Source of the DNA: Nitrospirales bacterium
Lineage (GTDB): Bacteria > Nitrospirota > Nitrospiria > Nitrospirales > UBA8639
Length of the DNA: 64,000 bases
Assembly (NCBI GenBank): GCA_963422365.1
Contig: OY729426.1
Span: 2,336,001-2,400,000 of the forward strand
Reading direction: 5' to 3'
Position 1 is the stretch's first letter, and every line of letters starts with the position of its first letter. Shown piece by piece: positions 1 through 10,412 of this stretch. The notes below the pieces were generated by a model, which saw nothing but the letters and a program-made list of their open reading frames with translations, was not told the DNA's origin and did no database searches. The translations under genes and the position numbers were made by a program.

Positions 1-678
1 TGTGCGTTGTTGACCCTGATCGTCGTGTCGTGCAAACAAGGCTATGCAGCCGAGACCGGCACAGGTGGGGATGCGCCTGTCTATTCGTTCACATTGAACG
101 ATATTGACGGGACTCCGCTCCCCCTGAACACCTTTAAGGGGAAAGTATTGCTCTTGGTCAATACTGCCAGTTTTTGCGGCAATACGCCTCAATACGAGGG
201 ATTACAAACGTTGTATGAACAGTATCGCAACCAGGGCCTGGAAATTTTGGCCTTCCCGGCCAACAACTTCGGCCGACAAGAGCCGGGTACCGACGAAGAA
301 ATCAAATCCTTCTGCTACACCAAGTACGCCTTGGAGTTTCCCTTGTTCAGCAAAATCAGTGTCACGGGAAAGGATATGCATTCACTCTATCATTATCTCA
401 CCACTCAAAGCCCGTTTCCCGGCGAAATCGAGTGGAATTTTCAAAAATTTCTGGTGAATCGACAAGGATCGGTGATTGCCCGTTATCGCCCGGGGCTGAA
501 ACCGCTCTCCTCCCAACTCGTGCAAGACATTGAACGCGCGCTCAGCAAGCAGGGGTTAAGAGCACTGCCGAACAATAAAAAGAGGGCCGTGGAACGAATG
601 CGTAGGAAGGAGACACCCCAAAAATCGTATGTAGCCAGTCCCGCACCGGACAAAAATGACTCTACCCCCCCCCAATAA
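1..678 (+). CDS. Glutathione peroxidase-family (Cys-type) peroxidase, probably exported/lipoprotein; 5' end likely upstream of window
   Basis: VNTASFCG (peroxidatic Cys), LAFPANNFGRQEPG and IEWNFQKFLV signatures; hydrophobic N-terminus ending VVSC; frame open to base 1. The last ~40 aa look like read-through beyond the usual end of the domain. Confidence 0.92.
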   Translation, partial: CALLTLIVVSCKQGYAAETGTGGDAPVYSFTLNDIDGTPLPLNTFKGKVLLLVNTASFCGNTPQYEGLQTLYEQYRNQGLEILAFPANNFGRQEPGTDEEIKSFCYTKYALEFPLFSKISVTGKDMHSLYHYLTTQSPFPGEIEWNFQKFLVNRQGSVIARYRPGLKPLSSQLVQDIERALSKQGLRALPNNKKRAVERMRRKETPQKSYVASPAPDKNDSTPPQ

Positions 679-2072
679 TTTCTTTCACTTCAATACGTTA
701 GATGTTCCTTTCATCGGATACCTCTTTTTGTGTCTGAATATATTTTTCTTCAGCGCTCTCATGGTGACCGATCCGGTGAGCTATCATGCACTGGCCCAGG
801 AAGACCGCTGGATGGAAAATCTCACCGCGGTCTGGTTCTTCCTGGCGGGCCTGCTGCTGTTCGCCACGGCTGTGGCGGAGCCAAGTGTCTTCCGGCGCTG
901 CGCCTATGTGCTTGGCGGCCTGGCAATGCTGTTCGTCGCCGGGGAGGAAATCAGTTAGGGGCAGCGCATACTCGGATTTGCGACACCCGATGTCCTGATG
1001 GACGTGAATGCCCAGGGCGAATTCAACGTTCACAACATCAACTTAAGATTATTTGAGAAAATTCAGCGGGAAGGAACGCTGATCCTGTGCATGGTGACCT
1101 GCGCCGCGTTTTTCTGCCGCAAGGACAGACTCTTCGGGATTCCCTTGCCGTCAGTCCTGCTGATGTTCGGCTTTCTTCTGGTGTTGTCCCATTTGCCATT
1201 CTTGAGAATGGCGAACATCCTGGAATTTATCCATTACAAAGAGAAAGGGCTGCTTCTGCTCTTTGTCATCTTCACGTTGCTCGCAGGGCAAGCCAGATGG
1301 CTGATTGCCGCCGTCGCAACGATAGCACTCGTCCTGGCTTTGTCATATGCCAGTGACGTTAGCAACTTCCACAATGACCGAATGTACGAGGTGCAGGAGT
1401 ATCTGTTCGGCATCGTCTGCCTTTTCTATGCAGGTGAACTATTGCGGGCCCAGGGACAGCGAGTGGCATTCAGATGGACGCCATTCACCGGGCTGAAATT
1501 GCCGGCGACGTTTGCATTCCGGCGATGGAGGTTTCTGGCTTCCCGCTTTCGCGGGAATGACGGAGGGTTTCGCAGGAATGGCGAAGGCTGGAAAGACGAA
1601 TTTCCAAGACCGCTCTGGCTGATGATGTGCACTTTGGTCATTGCCGGCAGCATCGGGGTGGCGCTGTTGGCGCATTTCAGATCCAAAGACGACGCTGCCG
1701 CCGTTGAGGAGGCATATCAGCGGATCTTGTCCGGCGAGTTCGGCGATCCGGCCATCCGCTCCGACTTCGACGTCTATTTGAATGAAAACATGCTGATTTA
1801 CTTCAAGGAATCGTGCACCCGCGCTGACAGAACAACGCGCTTCTTTCTGCACCTGATTCCCGCGGACAAGGATGACTTGCCCGGACACCGCAGGCGGTAT
1901 GGCTTCGACAACCTGAACTTCCGTTATCGCTGGTTCGACTGGCCCGACACGAACTCCGGCGGGAGGTGCCTGGTGGCTGTCCCCCTCCCCGACTACGTCA
2001 TCACCGGCATTGAGACGGGACAGACCACCCAGGAAAGGCCGAGTCTGGCAGGGGAAGTTCGCAATCAAATGA
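598..2072 (+). pseudogene. Polytopic membrane protein (GEEISWGQR-type) with C-terminal soluble domain, interrupted
   Basis: ORFs 656-958 and 998-2173 share a frame, split by TAG at 956-958 in GEEIS*GQRI (W expected). C9 run at 665-673 separates ATG 598 from the main frame. Apparent frameshift near 2035: the alternative frame gives EGRVWQGKFAIK* ending 2072. Confidence 0.7.
1535..1583. repeat. CGTC-family/dRS3-like REP palindrome plus partial tandem copy, inside the reading frame
   Basis: CTGGCTTCCCGCTTTCGCGGGAATGACG (1535-1562; minus strand CGTCATTCCCGCGAAAGCGGGAAGCCAG), followed 21 bp later by TTTCGCAGGAATGGCG. Confidence 0.75.
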
Positions 2073-2800
2073 TTCGTGACGTGATTCTCAGGCGCTTCGC
2101 CAGAGATGCGCATGGCCCGGAGTCGAAGAAGGCTGGCGCTGAGGATGATGGTGTCCACGGAAGTCGAGGATGAGCGCGAGGCCCAGGAACATTTCACGCT
2201 ACGCATCCGGACCGAAATCAATTGCCATGAGACGCAATCCGACCTAGATCGGACCGATTAGGGAGTCTGGAGGGTGGCGTCCACCCCGCGATGGGATACT
2301 GCTACGCGGAATTGCCGACGGGCACCTGGCTCGGGCACAAGGCCGCAGCGCAGGGCCTCGCCGCCAGCACCAGAAGTCCCGAGATTTTTCGCAAGCGCGT
2401 AGCTCGGACACAAGGTCGCGGCGCGCATCCTTCGGCTGATCGCCACACCGTGTTCGCGGAGCCCATTCCCCATGTTCCGCTCACGGCGTGGCGATCATAC
2501 AACTTCGCCGGACCTTGAAATACGTGCACATTCAACGACCCGTCATAGCCCTGCGGAGGCGTGACGACGAACGACTCGCGTTCGGCGCCTTTTCGCGTCA
2601 CCTGCCGCACGTCCGCGTACACGTTACCACACTCCTGGCTTTCAATAGTCAGATCAACAAAGACCCGTGAATCAACGTGATTCTCGTCACTCACGCACGC
2701 TGAAGCATTCACGAAACATCGGCGAGACGTTATTGCGGCGATAACCATGGAAAAAGCCCTCATAGGCATGGAAGAGGAGCAGACAAACCGGCTGCCCGAA

Positions 2801-3358
2801 TCAGGCCGGCTTCGAACGCACGTCGAGTTTCTGTAACAACTCATCCCAGTCGGAAACGCGGGTCACGCCTGGGGATGCAACCATTCGATTCCACGGTTGA
2901 TCCATGAGAAAGACCCGAACGCCTTGCGCCAGATACTCCCGCACGTGGCCCGGATGGTCATCGACGGCCAAGACAACGTTGTTCGAAACCTCGGTTTTTT
3001 CCCAGGTGTGATGGAGTTCGTCAAACGGAATGCCATGTTCGTCCAACCAATCCAGTGTGGGTCGGCGAGCAGTGGGACGACGCGCCGTAATCAGGACAAT
3101 CCGATAGTCTTTCTGAAGCCATTGTAACCCTTGTCGAGCACCAGGAACGACCGGCAACGTCGGAATGCTCCGCTCATGAAAATAATCGAAAATCCGTTCA
3201 ATCAGCTCTCGATCCCAATCACTGCCGTCAAGCCCACCCGCGCTGGCATACGTCTCAGGCGGCCAGGGCTCGCCGGTCAATTCATGAAAAATTCGTTGGA
3301 CTTCCTGCTCGGCTTGAGCCAATACGTTATCGATGTCAACAGCAAACCCTGGTCGCAT
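2801..3358 (-). CDS. HAD-superfamily 5'(3')-deoxyribonucleotidase-like (NT5C-type) phosphatase
   Basis: Motif I AVDIDNVL, motif II LITAR, motif IV VDDHP, terminal PWN; RBS GAGGAGG upstream. Confidence 0.8.
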   Translation of the reverse strand: MRPGFAVDIDNVLAQAEQEVQRIFHELTGEPWPPETYASAGGLDGSDWDRELIERIFDYFHERSIPTLPVVPGARQGLQWLQKDYRIVLITARRPTARRPTLDWLDEHGIPFDELHHTWEKTEVSNNVVLAVDDHPGHVREYLAQGVRVFLMDQPWNRMVASPGVTRVSDWDELLQKLDVRSKPA

Positions 3359-3479
3359 CCGATCCTCATCCTCCTCATCACTGCAAGACAGTATTCTGCG
3401 GGGTCACTTCAGTACATACCGCGCCAACCCCGTTGGGCACAACAGAAAAAGAGGCTGGACAGTTTGGAAACGGGCGTGC

Positions 3480-5231
3480 TTAGTTGCTCATCCGAAGCAT
3501 GCGCAACCGGTTCAAGGCTGCGGCGATTTCCAAGGAGCGAGGACGAGCAAAATTTCCTGGATGGTGCTCGCTTTTGCGAAAGGGATCAAGGACGTCCAAG
3601 CCTACTTCATCAAACAGTCGATCCAGGTCTTGGACTACCGCTTTCACGTCTATCCGTCCATCCAGCATACGGCGTGAGGCAAGATGGAGAGCATACCCCA
3701 CCGCCCGGGTTTGACTGACATCCACCAGTTGTTCTATCCCGCTCACGTCAATGACTTCATGCCCAAAGGCAATGGCCTCCACGGACTTGGCGTCAATGTT
3801 CACCTCGCGGTTACCACGGGAAGGATTGAGGCTCTCCCCCAAGGGAATTCGGGACTCGACATCCGCCAGAGATGAAACCCGTTCGATGGCTCGTTGAGTC
3901 TGGAACTCTCGTGCGACTCGTTGGGCACGTGCCGTTACATCCAGAGGCTGATACTCCTGCATCATGATGACCGTATCGGCCACGTCGAAATAATCCCCAC
4001 AGCCTCCCATCACCAACACCGTGGATACCCCATGCCGTTCATACAGATCACGCACATGGTCCACAAACGGCGTGATGGGTTCAGACTCCTTGTGAACCAA
4101 CGCCTGCATCCGCGCGTCCCTGACCATAAAATTCGTGGCACTGGTATCTTCATCAAGCAACAACGTCGTGGCACCTGCTTCGATGGCTTCAAGAATCGAG
4201 GCGGCCTGACTGGTGCTCCCACTCGCATTGTCCGTTGAAAACTGCGTGGTCTCCTGCCCATACGGAAGATTGTCGATAAATCCACTGATATTGACTCGTT
4301 CAATGTGTCGGCCGTCTTCCGCGCGAATTTTGACGGCTTGATCCGTTGTCACGACGTATTCCCGACCATCTTCAGGGACATGAGGATACACCCCACGCTC
4401 CAATGCCCGAAGGACCGTGGACTTGCCGTGATATCCTCCTCCCACAATCAACGTGACTCCCTTGGGGATCCCCAGGCCGGTTAAGAATTGCGTGGTCTTG
4501 CCGTGTTGAGAAACAGGATGAGAAACGGGTAGCGACACACGAAGGGCATCAGGCGTGATAAAAGGCTTCGCCTTCTCATCCGACAGTGGATGATCGGATG
4601 CACCGCTGGTTCTTGGCAAAATCGCCTCATCGGCGACGAAGGCCACCAACCCCAAGGCGTCAAGTTGTGCGCGGATTGCCTCTTGATTGTCCACACAATC
4701 AACAAAGGCCAGTGCCCGGCCTTGATCAACGTGTTTCCACTGTAAGGCGTCTTCGGCAATCTTGGGCACTTCCTGACACAGCATGGCCTCCGCTTGTCGG
4801 CCGAGTATGGTGCGGCCTTGTGCCGGCAGGCCGAGCGACAATCGAGCTTCAACCCATTGGGACGTCACCACCATGGCCGTTCGTTCCAAGACCTCTTGCC
4901 CACCCACGTCTATCGAAACGAGTCCGCTTTTCCCAATCCCCCGATTTCCCTGACACTCTTGACGGATGGTCTGATGCACGCCACGAACCAGAAAATCTTG
5001 CAAGGCAACCCGGCGAACGCGACTGGAAAAAAAATTCGAGGGAATCTGAGTCACGGCACGGGGAACTCTCACGCGAATTTTTGAAGGGGAGGCAAACGGG
5101 TCGCCTTGCACGTAATCGATGAACAAGGTGAACTGAGGGTAGGCGTAGGCGCCTTGCAGATCCCTGTAGGCTTTGTACCCTCGGCCATCAATTCGGGCAA
5201 GGATTGTTCTGAGATCATCGACAGTACGCAT
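3480..5231 (-). CDS. ABC-class ATPase (COG3044 type, no membrane domain)
   Basis: Walker A GGGYHGKST, NASGSTSQAA, Walker B LLLDEDTSATNFM, N-terminal DYVQGDPFASPS. Confidence 0.88.
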   Translation of the reverse strand: MRTVDDLRTILARIDGRGYKAYRDLQGAYAYPQFTLFIDYVQGDPFASPSKIRVRVPRAVTQIPSNFFSSRVRRVALQDFLVRGVHQTIRQECQGNRGIGKSGLVSIDVGGQEVLERTAMVVTSQWVEARLSLGLPAQGRTILGRQAEAMLCQEVPKIAEDALQWKHVDQGRALAFVDCVDNQEAIRAQLDALGLVAFVADEAILPRTSGASDHPLSDEKAKPFITPDALRVSLPVSHPVSQHGKTTQFLTGLGIPKGVTLIVGGGYHGKSTVLRALERGVYPHVPEDGREYVVTTDQAVKIRAEDGRHIERVNISGFIDNLPYGQETTQFSTDNASGSTSQAASILEAIEAGATTLLLDEDTSATNFMVRDARMQALVHKESEPITPFVDHVRDLYERHGVSTVLVMGGCGDYFDVADTVIMMQEYQPLDVTARAQRVAREFQTQRAIERVSSLADVESRIPLGESLNPSRGNREVNIDAKSVEAIAFGHEVIDVSGIEQLVDVSQTRAVGYALHLASRRMLDGRIDVKAVVQDLDRLFDEVGLDVLDPFRKSEHHPGNFARPRSLEIAAALNRLRMLRMSN

Positions 5232-5245
5232 CTGAAAAAAGAAAC

Positions 5246-6181
5246 TTATTGAGAAAGCTCAGCCGGCATTGAATTCATGCGAACATTCGACAACTGCTCT
5301 AACGCAAGCATCAAGGCATGCGTGCCAGAGCGTCCATGCCCATGAGATTGAACGGCAAGATAGAGTTGATGCACCAATGAAAGCCCGGGCAAGACAAGCC
5401 CCATCCGTTTGGCTTCTTCCAAGGCGATACCCATATCCTTCACAAAATGTTCGACAACGAACCCCGGGACAAAGTTTCGAGTCAGTATGCGGGGAGCAAG
5501 GTTATCCAACGTCCAACATGCCGCAGCGCCGACTCGGACGGATTGCAACATGGTTGCTACATCCAACCCCGCGCGATAGCCATACAGTAACGATTCACAC
5601 ACTCCAATCATGGTTCCAGCGATCGTTATTTGATTGCAGAGCTTGGTGTGCTGACCAGCGCCTGTCGTCCCCTGATGGATAATGGTCTGACCCAATAACT
5701 CAAAAAGCGGTCGGATTGCTTCCACAACGTCGGTTTCGCCGCCCACCATAATGGACAACGACGCGTTGCGCGCGCCTATATCCCCACCTGAAACAGGGGC
5801 ATCCAAGAAAGACGCTCCGCGAGCCCTTACAATTGCTGCTATCTTTCCAGCTAAAGTCGGAGGAGCCGTGGTCATATCCACAAACACCATCCCTGCTCGT
5901 GCCTGATGGATGAGGCCTTCTTCGCCTAAGTAGACTTCGAACACATCCTGAGGGAACCCCACCATCGTGAAGACCACGTCGGATTCATCAGCCACTCGTG
6001 CCGGTGAATCCGCCCATCGTGCCCCTTGCTGAAGCAGTTCTTCAGCTTTTGATCGAGTTCGTGAAAAGACGGTTATCGCATGGTCCTTGGCCAAGAGGTG
6101 TCCGGCCATGGCCCCTCCCATGACACCCGTCCCAATCCATCCAAGACGAAGCGGGAAAGGAAGTCTGAATTGTCTGGACAT
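5246..6181 (-). CDS. NAD(P)-dependent beta-hydroxyacid dehydrogenase (2-hydroxy-3-oxopropionate reductase/3-hydroxyisobutyrate dehydrogenase family)
   Basis: GWIGTGVMG Rossmann motif, LDAPVSGG, GAGQHTKLCNQ catalytic Lys, KDMGIAL. Confidence 0.9.
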   Translation of the reverse strand: MSRQFRLPFPLRLGWIGTGVMGGAMAGHLLAKDHAITVFSRTRSKAEELLQQGARWADSPARVADESDVVFTMVGFPQDVFEVYLGEEGLIHQARAGMVFVDMTTAPPTLAGKIAAIVRARGASFLDAPVSGGDIGARNASLSIMVGGETDVVEAIRPLFELLGQTIIHQGTTGAGQHTKLCNQITIAGTMIGVCESLLYGYRAGLDVATMLQSVRVGAAACWTLDNLAPRILTRNFVPGFVVEHFVKDMGIALEEAKRMGLVLPGLSLVHQLYLAVQSHGHGRSGTHALMLALEQLSNVRMNSMPAELSQ

Positions 6182-6196
6182 AGAGAATAAAAAAAA

Positions 6197-7300
6197 TTAC
6201 ACGGTGGGCAAACCAGGTTGTTGTTGAGTCAGACAATGCAACGTCCCAAAGCCCCACACAAGATCGACCGCGTGAACCCCAATAACCGGGCGGTCGGGAA
6301 ATAATTCGCTCAAAATGCCCAGAGCCATTCGATCATTGGGATCATTAAAGGTTGGAACCAGGACAGCCGCATTCGCAATATAAAAATTGGCGTAACTCGC
6401 TGGAAGCCGTCGACCATCAAAGTACAGTGGGGCCGGCAGAGGCAATGGAATTACCTCGATTGTTGATCCATTTTCCAGTGTCGCGTTTTCTAAACGCTCT
6501 CGATTTTCAGCCAACACATGGTAATTGTCATCACCGCTGTTTCGTTCCTGACACAACACCACAGTCGTCGGATTCACAAAACGACACACATCATCCACAT
6601 GCCCATGGGTATCATCCCCGGCAATACCTTTGTTCAACCATATGACATTGGTGACGCCCAACGCGTCTTGTAAAACCGACTCATAGTCCGTAGACAGAAA
6701 TCCTGGATTGCGCACTTGAACATCACGATCAAGCAAACATTCTTCGGTGGTCAACCCAGTCCCAACCCCATTCACGTCAATGCTGCCCCCTTCCAAGACC
6801 ACCTTCTGCCCTTTGTGAAGAATGGGGAAGGAGCGACAGGCTAAGCGAGACGCGACTTTCACCGACACTCGATTGTCTTTTTTCCAATCAGCATAGCGGG
6901 CCCACGCGATAAATTGAAAACGTGTAATCGCCACTTCCGAAGTCGGCCGACCCCGCGTCACAAAAATCGGACCAAAGTCACGAGTCCAGCCACGATCCGT
7001 CGAAATCCGAAAAAACTCGATACTGGAGAGATTGGCTTCGGCCCGTGCCAAAACACTCCGCGCACGCTCTTCATGCGACTGGGAATGAACAAGAATCCGG
7101 ACCCGCTCTCCATCCGCCAACTTCCGAACAATCTCCCCATACACCCAATGAACGGCAGCCAGTTTTCCCGGCCAATCCGAGGCATTATGGGGCCACCCCA
7201 GCCAAGTTGCCTCATGCGGCTCCCATTCCGCCGGCATGCGGAACCCTAATTGCACAGGAGTCGACCGTAACGTGTTCCCTTGATGCGTCTCTTTTCCCAT
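6197..7300 (-). CDS. aguA: Agmatine deiminase
   Basis: MPAEWEPH, WTRDFGP, LEGGSIDVNG, DDTHGHVDD, ASYANFY, GTLHCLTQQ catalytic Cys; close to aguB. Confidence 0.92.
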   Translation of the reverse strand: MGKETHQGNTLRSTPVQLGFRMPAEWEPHEATWLGWPHNASDWPGKLAAVHWVYGEIVRKLADGERVRILVHSQSHEERARSVLARAEANLSSIEFFRISTDRGWTRDFGPIFVTRGRPTSEVAITRFQFIAWARYADWKKDNRVSVKVASRLACRSFPILHKGQKVVLEGGSIDVNGVGTGLTTEECLLDRDVQVRNPGFLSTDYESVLQDALGVTNVIWLNKGIAGDDTHGHVDDVCRFVNPTTVVLCQERNSGDDNYHVLAENRERLENATLENGSTIEVIPLPLPAPLYFDGRRLPASYANFYIANAAVLVPTFNDPNDRMALGILSELFPDRPVIGVHAVDLVWGFGTLHCLTQQQPGLPTV

Positions 7301-7352
7301 TGAAGGAACAGATTGTCTCCCTGCAGCAATGGTTTCTCACTATGATATGAGA

Positions 7353-8113
7353 TCAAAGCTTAAGGACCAATGTGTTGTGATATGACATCGTCCGTGTAAA
7401 AGTTCTGCGTTCTAGCAGTCCATTAACCGCCGAGACCAAGCCGGGAAACCTGTTTGAATAATCGTCGAAAATCACGAGTGCGCCTTTCAGGAGTAGCGGA
7501 AAAAACAACTCAACATCTTTTTCAACTCCTTCCTTGGTATGATTTCCGTCAATAAACAGCATTCGAATCCCTTTGTGACCGATTTTCTTAGCTGCAAGCT
7601 CACTCGACATATCAAGAAGGTAGACCACTTTATCGAGACCAACGCGTTTCATATTATTTAAAAACGCTCTTTTCAGATCACTCAACTGTTCATTTTCTTT
7701 TACAACCGTTTCTTTCCTAAGATTTTCACCAAAATGATCAATAGCGTAAAACGTGCCGTTATTCGAATTCGCTCTACCGCTCGGCCCAAAAAACTCGTTG
7801 ACCGCCCTTGCCATGAACCAATTTCAACGACATCCCCTTGAAGCTCTTGCATGTAACATAACGTGTACAAAATTTCTCCTGATCGCGGCGCGACCATCCC
7901 CGGAATCAACAACGAAATCGATGCCAACATATCTAAATCTATGATTTTGCGATTTGGACTAAGATCACATACTGGTTCGATTATATTTTTGGCGCGAATG
8001 AGTCGAAACACTGATACCAAAGTATTTCGCTTTTTTTGTATTAACAGCCTCAGATTTCGTTTTAACGACTGTAGTATCAACCGCATATTCATATTTTTCA
8101 CCCAAGGCATCAT
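7353..8113 (-). pseudogene. Class I SAM-dependent methyltransferase (Methyltransf_24-like), frameshifted
   Basis: VVEIGSWQGRST in one frame; YAIDHF, LFIDGNH and IFDDY in another; frame switch near 7770. AT-rich relative to flanks. Confidence 0.78.
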
Positions 8114-8123
8114 TTCAAACTGC

Positions 8124-9035
8124 CTAGCACTCGCCATCGTCGTCTTGGTCAAAGAAACGCTTCGTGAGGCCGCCATACGCATCAACTCGACGGTCGCGGA
8201 GAAAGGGCCAATGGCGCCGGACTTCTTCAACTCGGCTCATATTAATTTCAGCGAGGAGAATTTCTTCTTGATCAATCGACGCTTCGGTTAGGACAATACC
8301 AAAGGGGTCGCAAATGAACGAACTCCCCCAAAATTCGATGCCCTCTCCGCCTGCATCGGGTTTCTCATGGCCCACTCGATTCACAACAGCCACAAACACG
8401 CCGTTCGCAATCGCGTGACTACGTTGAATGGTCTGCCACGCGCCGCGTTGCGATTCACCGTCTTGGGCTTTTTCGGACGGATGCCATCCAATGGCCGTGG
8501 GGTAGAACAACATCTCAGCACCCTGAAGCGTCGTGAGCCGAGCGGCTTCAGGATACCATTGGTCCCAACATATGAGGGTGCCGATTTTACCCACACTCGT
8601 TTGAATCGCTTGAAAGCCTCTATCTCCCGGCGTGAAATAAAACTTCTCATAGTAGGCTGGATCATCAGGAATGTGCATCTTGCGATAGAGGCCGGCAACA
8701 GAGCCATCGCCGTCAAGCACCACAACCGAGTTGTGATACATCCCGGCGGTTCTGCGTTCGAAGATCGGAACCATAATCACAACGTTGTACTTTCTCGCAA
8801 CCTTGCCCAACGCTTCAGTCGACGGCCCAGGCACCGACTCCGCCAAATCACACCACGCCGGATCTTCTTGTTGACAAAAATACTGCGAACGAAACAGTTC
8901 CGGCAGACAGATGATCTTAGCCCCACGCCGTGCGGCTTCTTCGACTTTGGCAAGGGCAGAGACGAGATTCTCGTGAGGAACAGCCTCACAAGACATTTGG
9001 ACCAAGGCTATCGTCAGATTGTTTCCCAGATTCAT
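8124..9035 (-). CDS. aguB: N-carbamoylputrescine amidase (carbon-nitrogen hydrolase)
   Basis: CLPELF, YRKMHIPDDPAYYEKFYF, LICWDQWYPE, WPFLRDRR: Glu-Lys-Cys triad. Confidence 0.92.
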   Translation of the reverse strand: MNLGNNLTIALVQMSCEAVPHENLVSALAKVEEAARRGAKIICLPELFRSQYFCQQEDPAWCDLAESVPGPSTEALGKVARKYNVVIMVPIFERRTAGMYHNSVVVLDGDGSVAGLYRKMHIPDDPAYYEKFYFTPGDRGFQAIQTSVGKIGTLICWDQWYPEAARLTTLQGAEMLFYPTAIGWHPSEKAQDGESQRGAWQTIQRSHAIANGVFVAVVNRVGHEKPDAGGEGIEFWGSSFICDPFGIVLTEASIDQEEILLAEINMSRVEEVRRHWPFLRDRRVDAYGGLTKRFFDQDDDGEC

Positions 9036-9047
9036 GAGAACAGCCCC

Positions 9048-10317
9048 TTATGATACTTGCATTTCTTTGGTTTCATTGTCCAACCAGTCGATTGCAGTTT
9101 TCTCGTCTTGTTCGATAGCCATTTCCACTCCTCGTTTGGCGCACTCCAGAAGGTGTTTGGATTGTTTGCGCAGGTTAAAGGATTCGATGACTTTTTGCTG
9201 GATTTGGGTTTGTTTTTCTTCTGACAAAATGGGAAGCACCGTTCCTTTGACTTGATCCGGTCGCCAATGAAGTATGACGGAACCGCCTACATCTCAGGTT
9301 ACCTGTTCCTTTGTCAATATTGAATTAAGCATCAACTTTAAATATTCGTTCTTGACCTTCTCGGTTTTGTTTTTTAATCGAAGGATTCCGCCTGATGGAA
9401 TCATTTTCCGTGGCAATTGATTTAAGTAATAGGCAATTCCAGGAGTTGCGTCCTTGCTGAAAAGGATTTCTCCTTTATTTGGTTGATGCTGCTTGATCTC
9501 TGCATACAGCGTTTCAGAAATGTATTTTTCTTCCGTGATCTCAAAGGGGCTTAGGTTGCTAACCCGAACAAACGGGATGCCCTCATCGAGATACTTATCC
9601 CTTCCGACTTCTATGCATTTTTCGACCGTAACGAGATTCCTTAGTGTATCCCAGCCAGCCGGATAGTTTTTGATGGCATGAACGATTTCTTCATATTTTG
9701 GCTGGAAATACTCGGCATCAAGACGTTCAGTCTGCTCGACATCTGAGTAGTTCTTGACGAAGGTTAGCCGATGTTTGAGGTGCAATTGGTTAAGCCGAGT
9801 TCGGAGAGGAGAATTGTTTGGGCTTCGGTGTACAAACTTTCTGACCTAACCAAAACATCCAGAGCAGTTTTGTAATGCTCTAAAACAATTTCCTGGAATT
9901 GAGAATCAGGGATATATGTTTTTATTTTCTTAACTTGCGTCAGTAGTAAATTCGGCTGAACACTACTGATTGTTAGCCTTTTTGTCTGTCCTTTACCGTA
10001 TTTACAGTTCAAGAAAATGGTTAAACTACGGTGAAATCTTGTTCGACACATTTATATTTTCGATAGCCTGTAATGCCCTCCCCAATATCTCCTACATTCA
10101 AATATGGAGTGCCGTTATCTATAAACTCAATTTGATTACAAAGAGAGTAAGCGACAAACCTGATAATAGAGTCACATATATTGCCGAGATATTCCCATTG
10201 GTTATTTGTGATTTTTATCTCCAAACTCAACAAGCCTTTCCTGAAATACTCAGCATCGAACCGGAACAGTTCATTATCAGTTTTAATTTCACTCAAACCC
10301 ACTATAGAGTACTGCAT
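9048..10317 (-). pseudogene. Restriction-modification specificity (HsdS-like) subunit, fragmented
   Basis: Four consecutive fragments with two RFDAEYF/RLDAEYF starts, IPFVRVSN, GEILFSKDATPG and coiled-coil spacers; in-frame TGA at 9294-9296 (KEQVT*DVGGSVILHW) plus frameshifts. Confidence 0.82.
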
Positions 10318-10412
10318 TATTCAGCTTTTTCCTCTCTTTCTGTTATTTCCTCTCGACCTTTTCAGATAATCACAATGTCGGCTCCTCACAATATGAACAA
10401 ATAGGAGCTTGT

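Noticed and set aside
160..195. Selenocysteine glutathione peroxidase
   Set aside because: The active-site codon is TGC (Cys).
2075..2520. Plus-strand toxin/nuclease remnant
   Set aside because: Only a vague few-residue resemblance; no supportable call.
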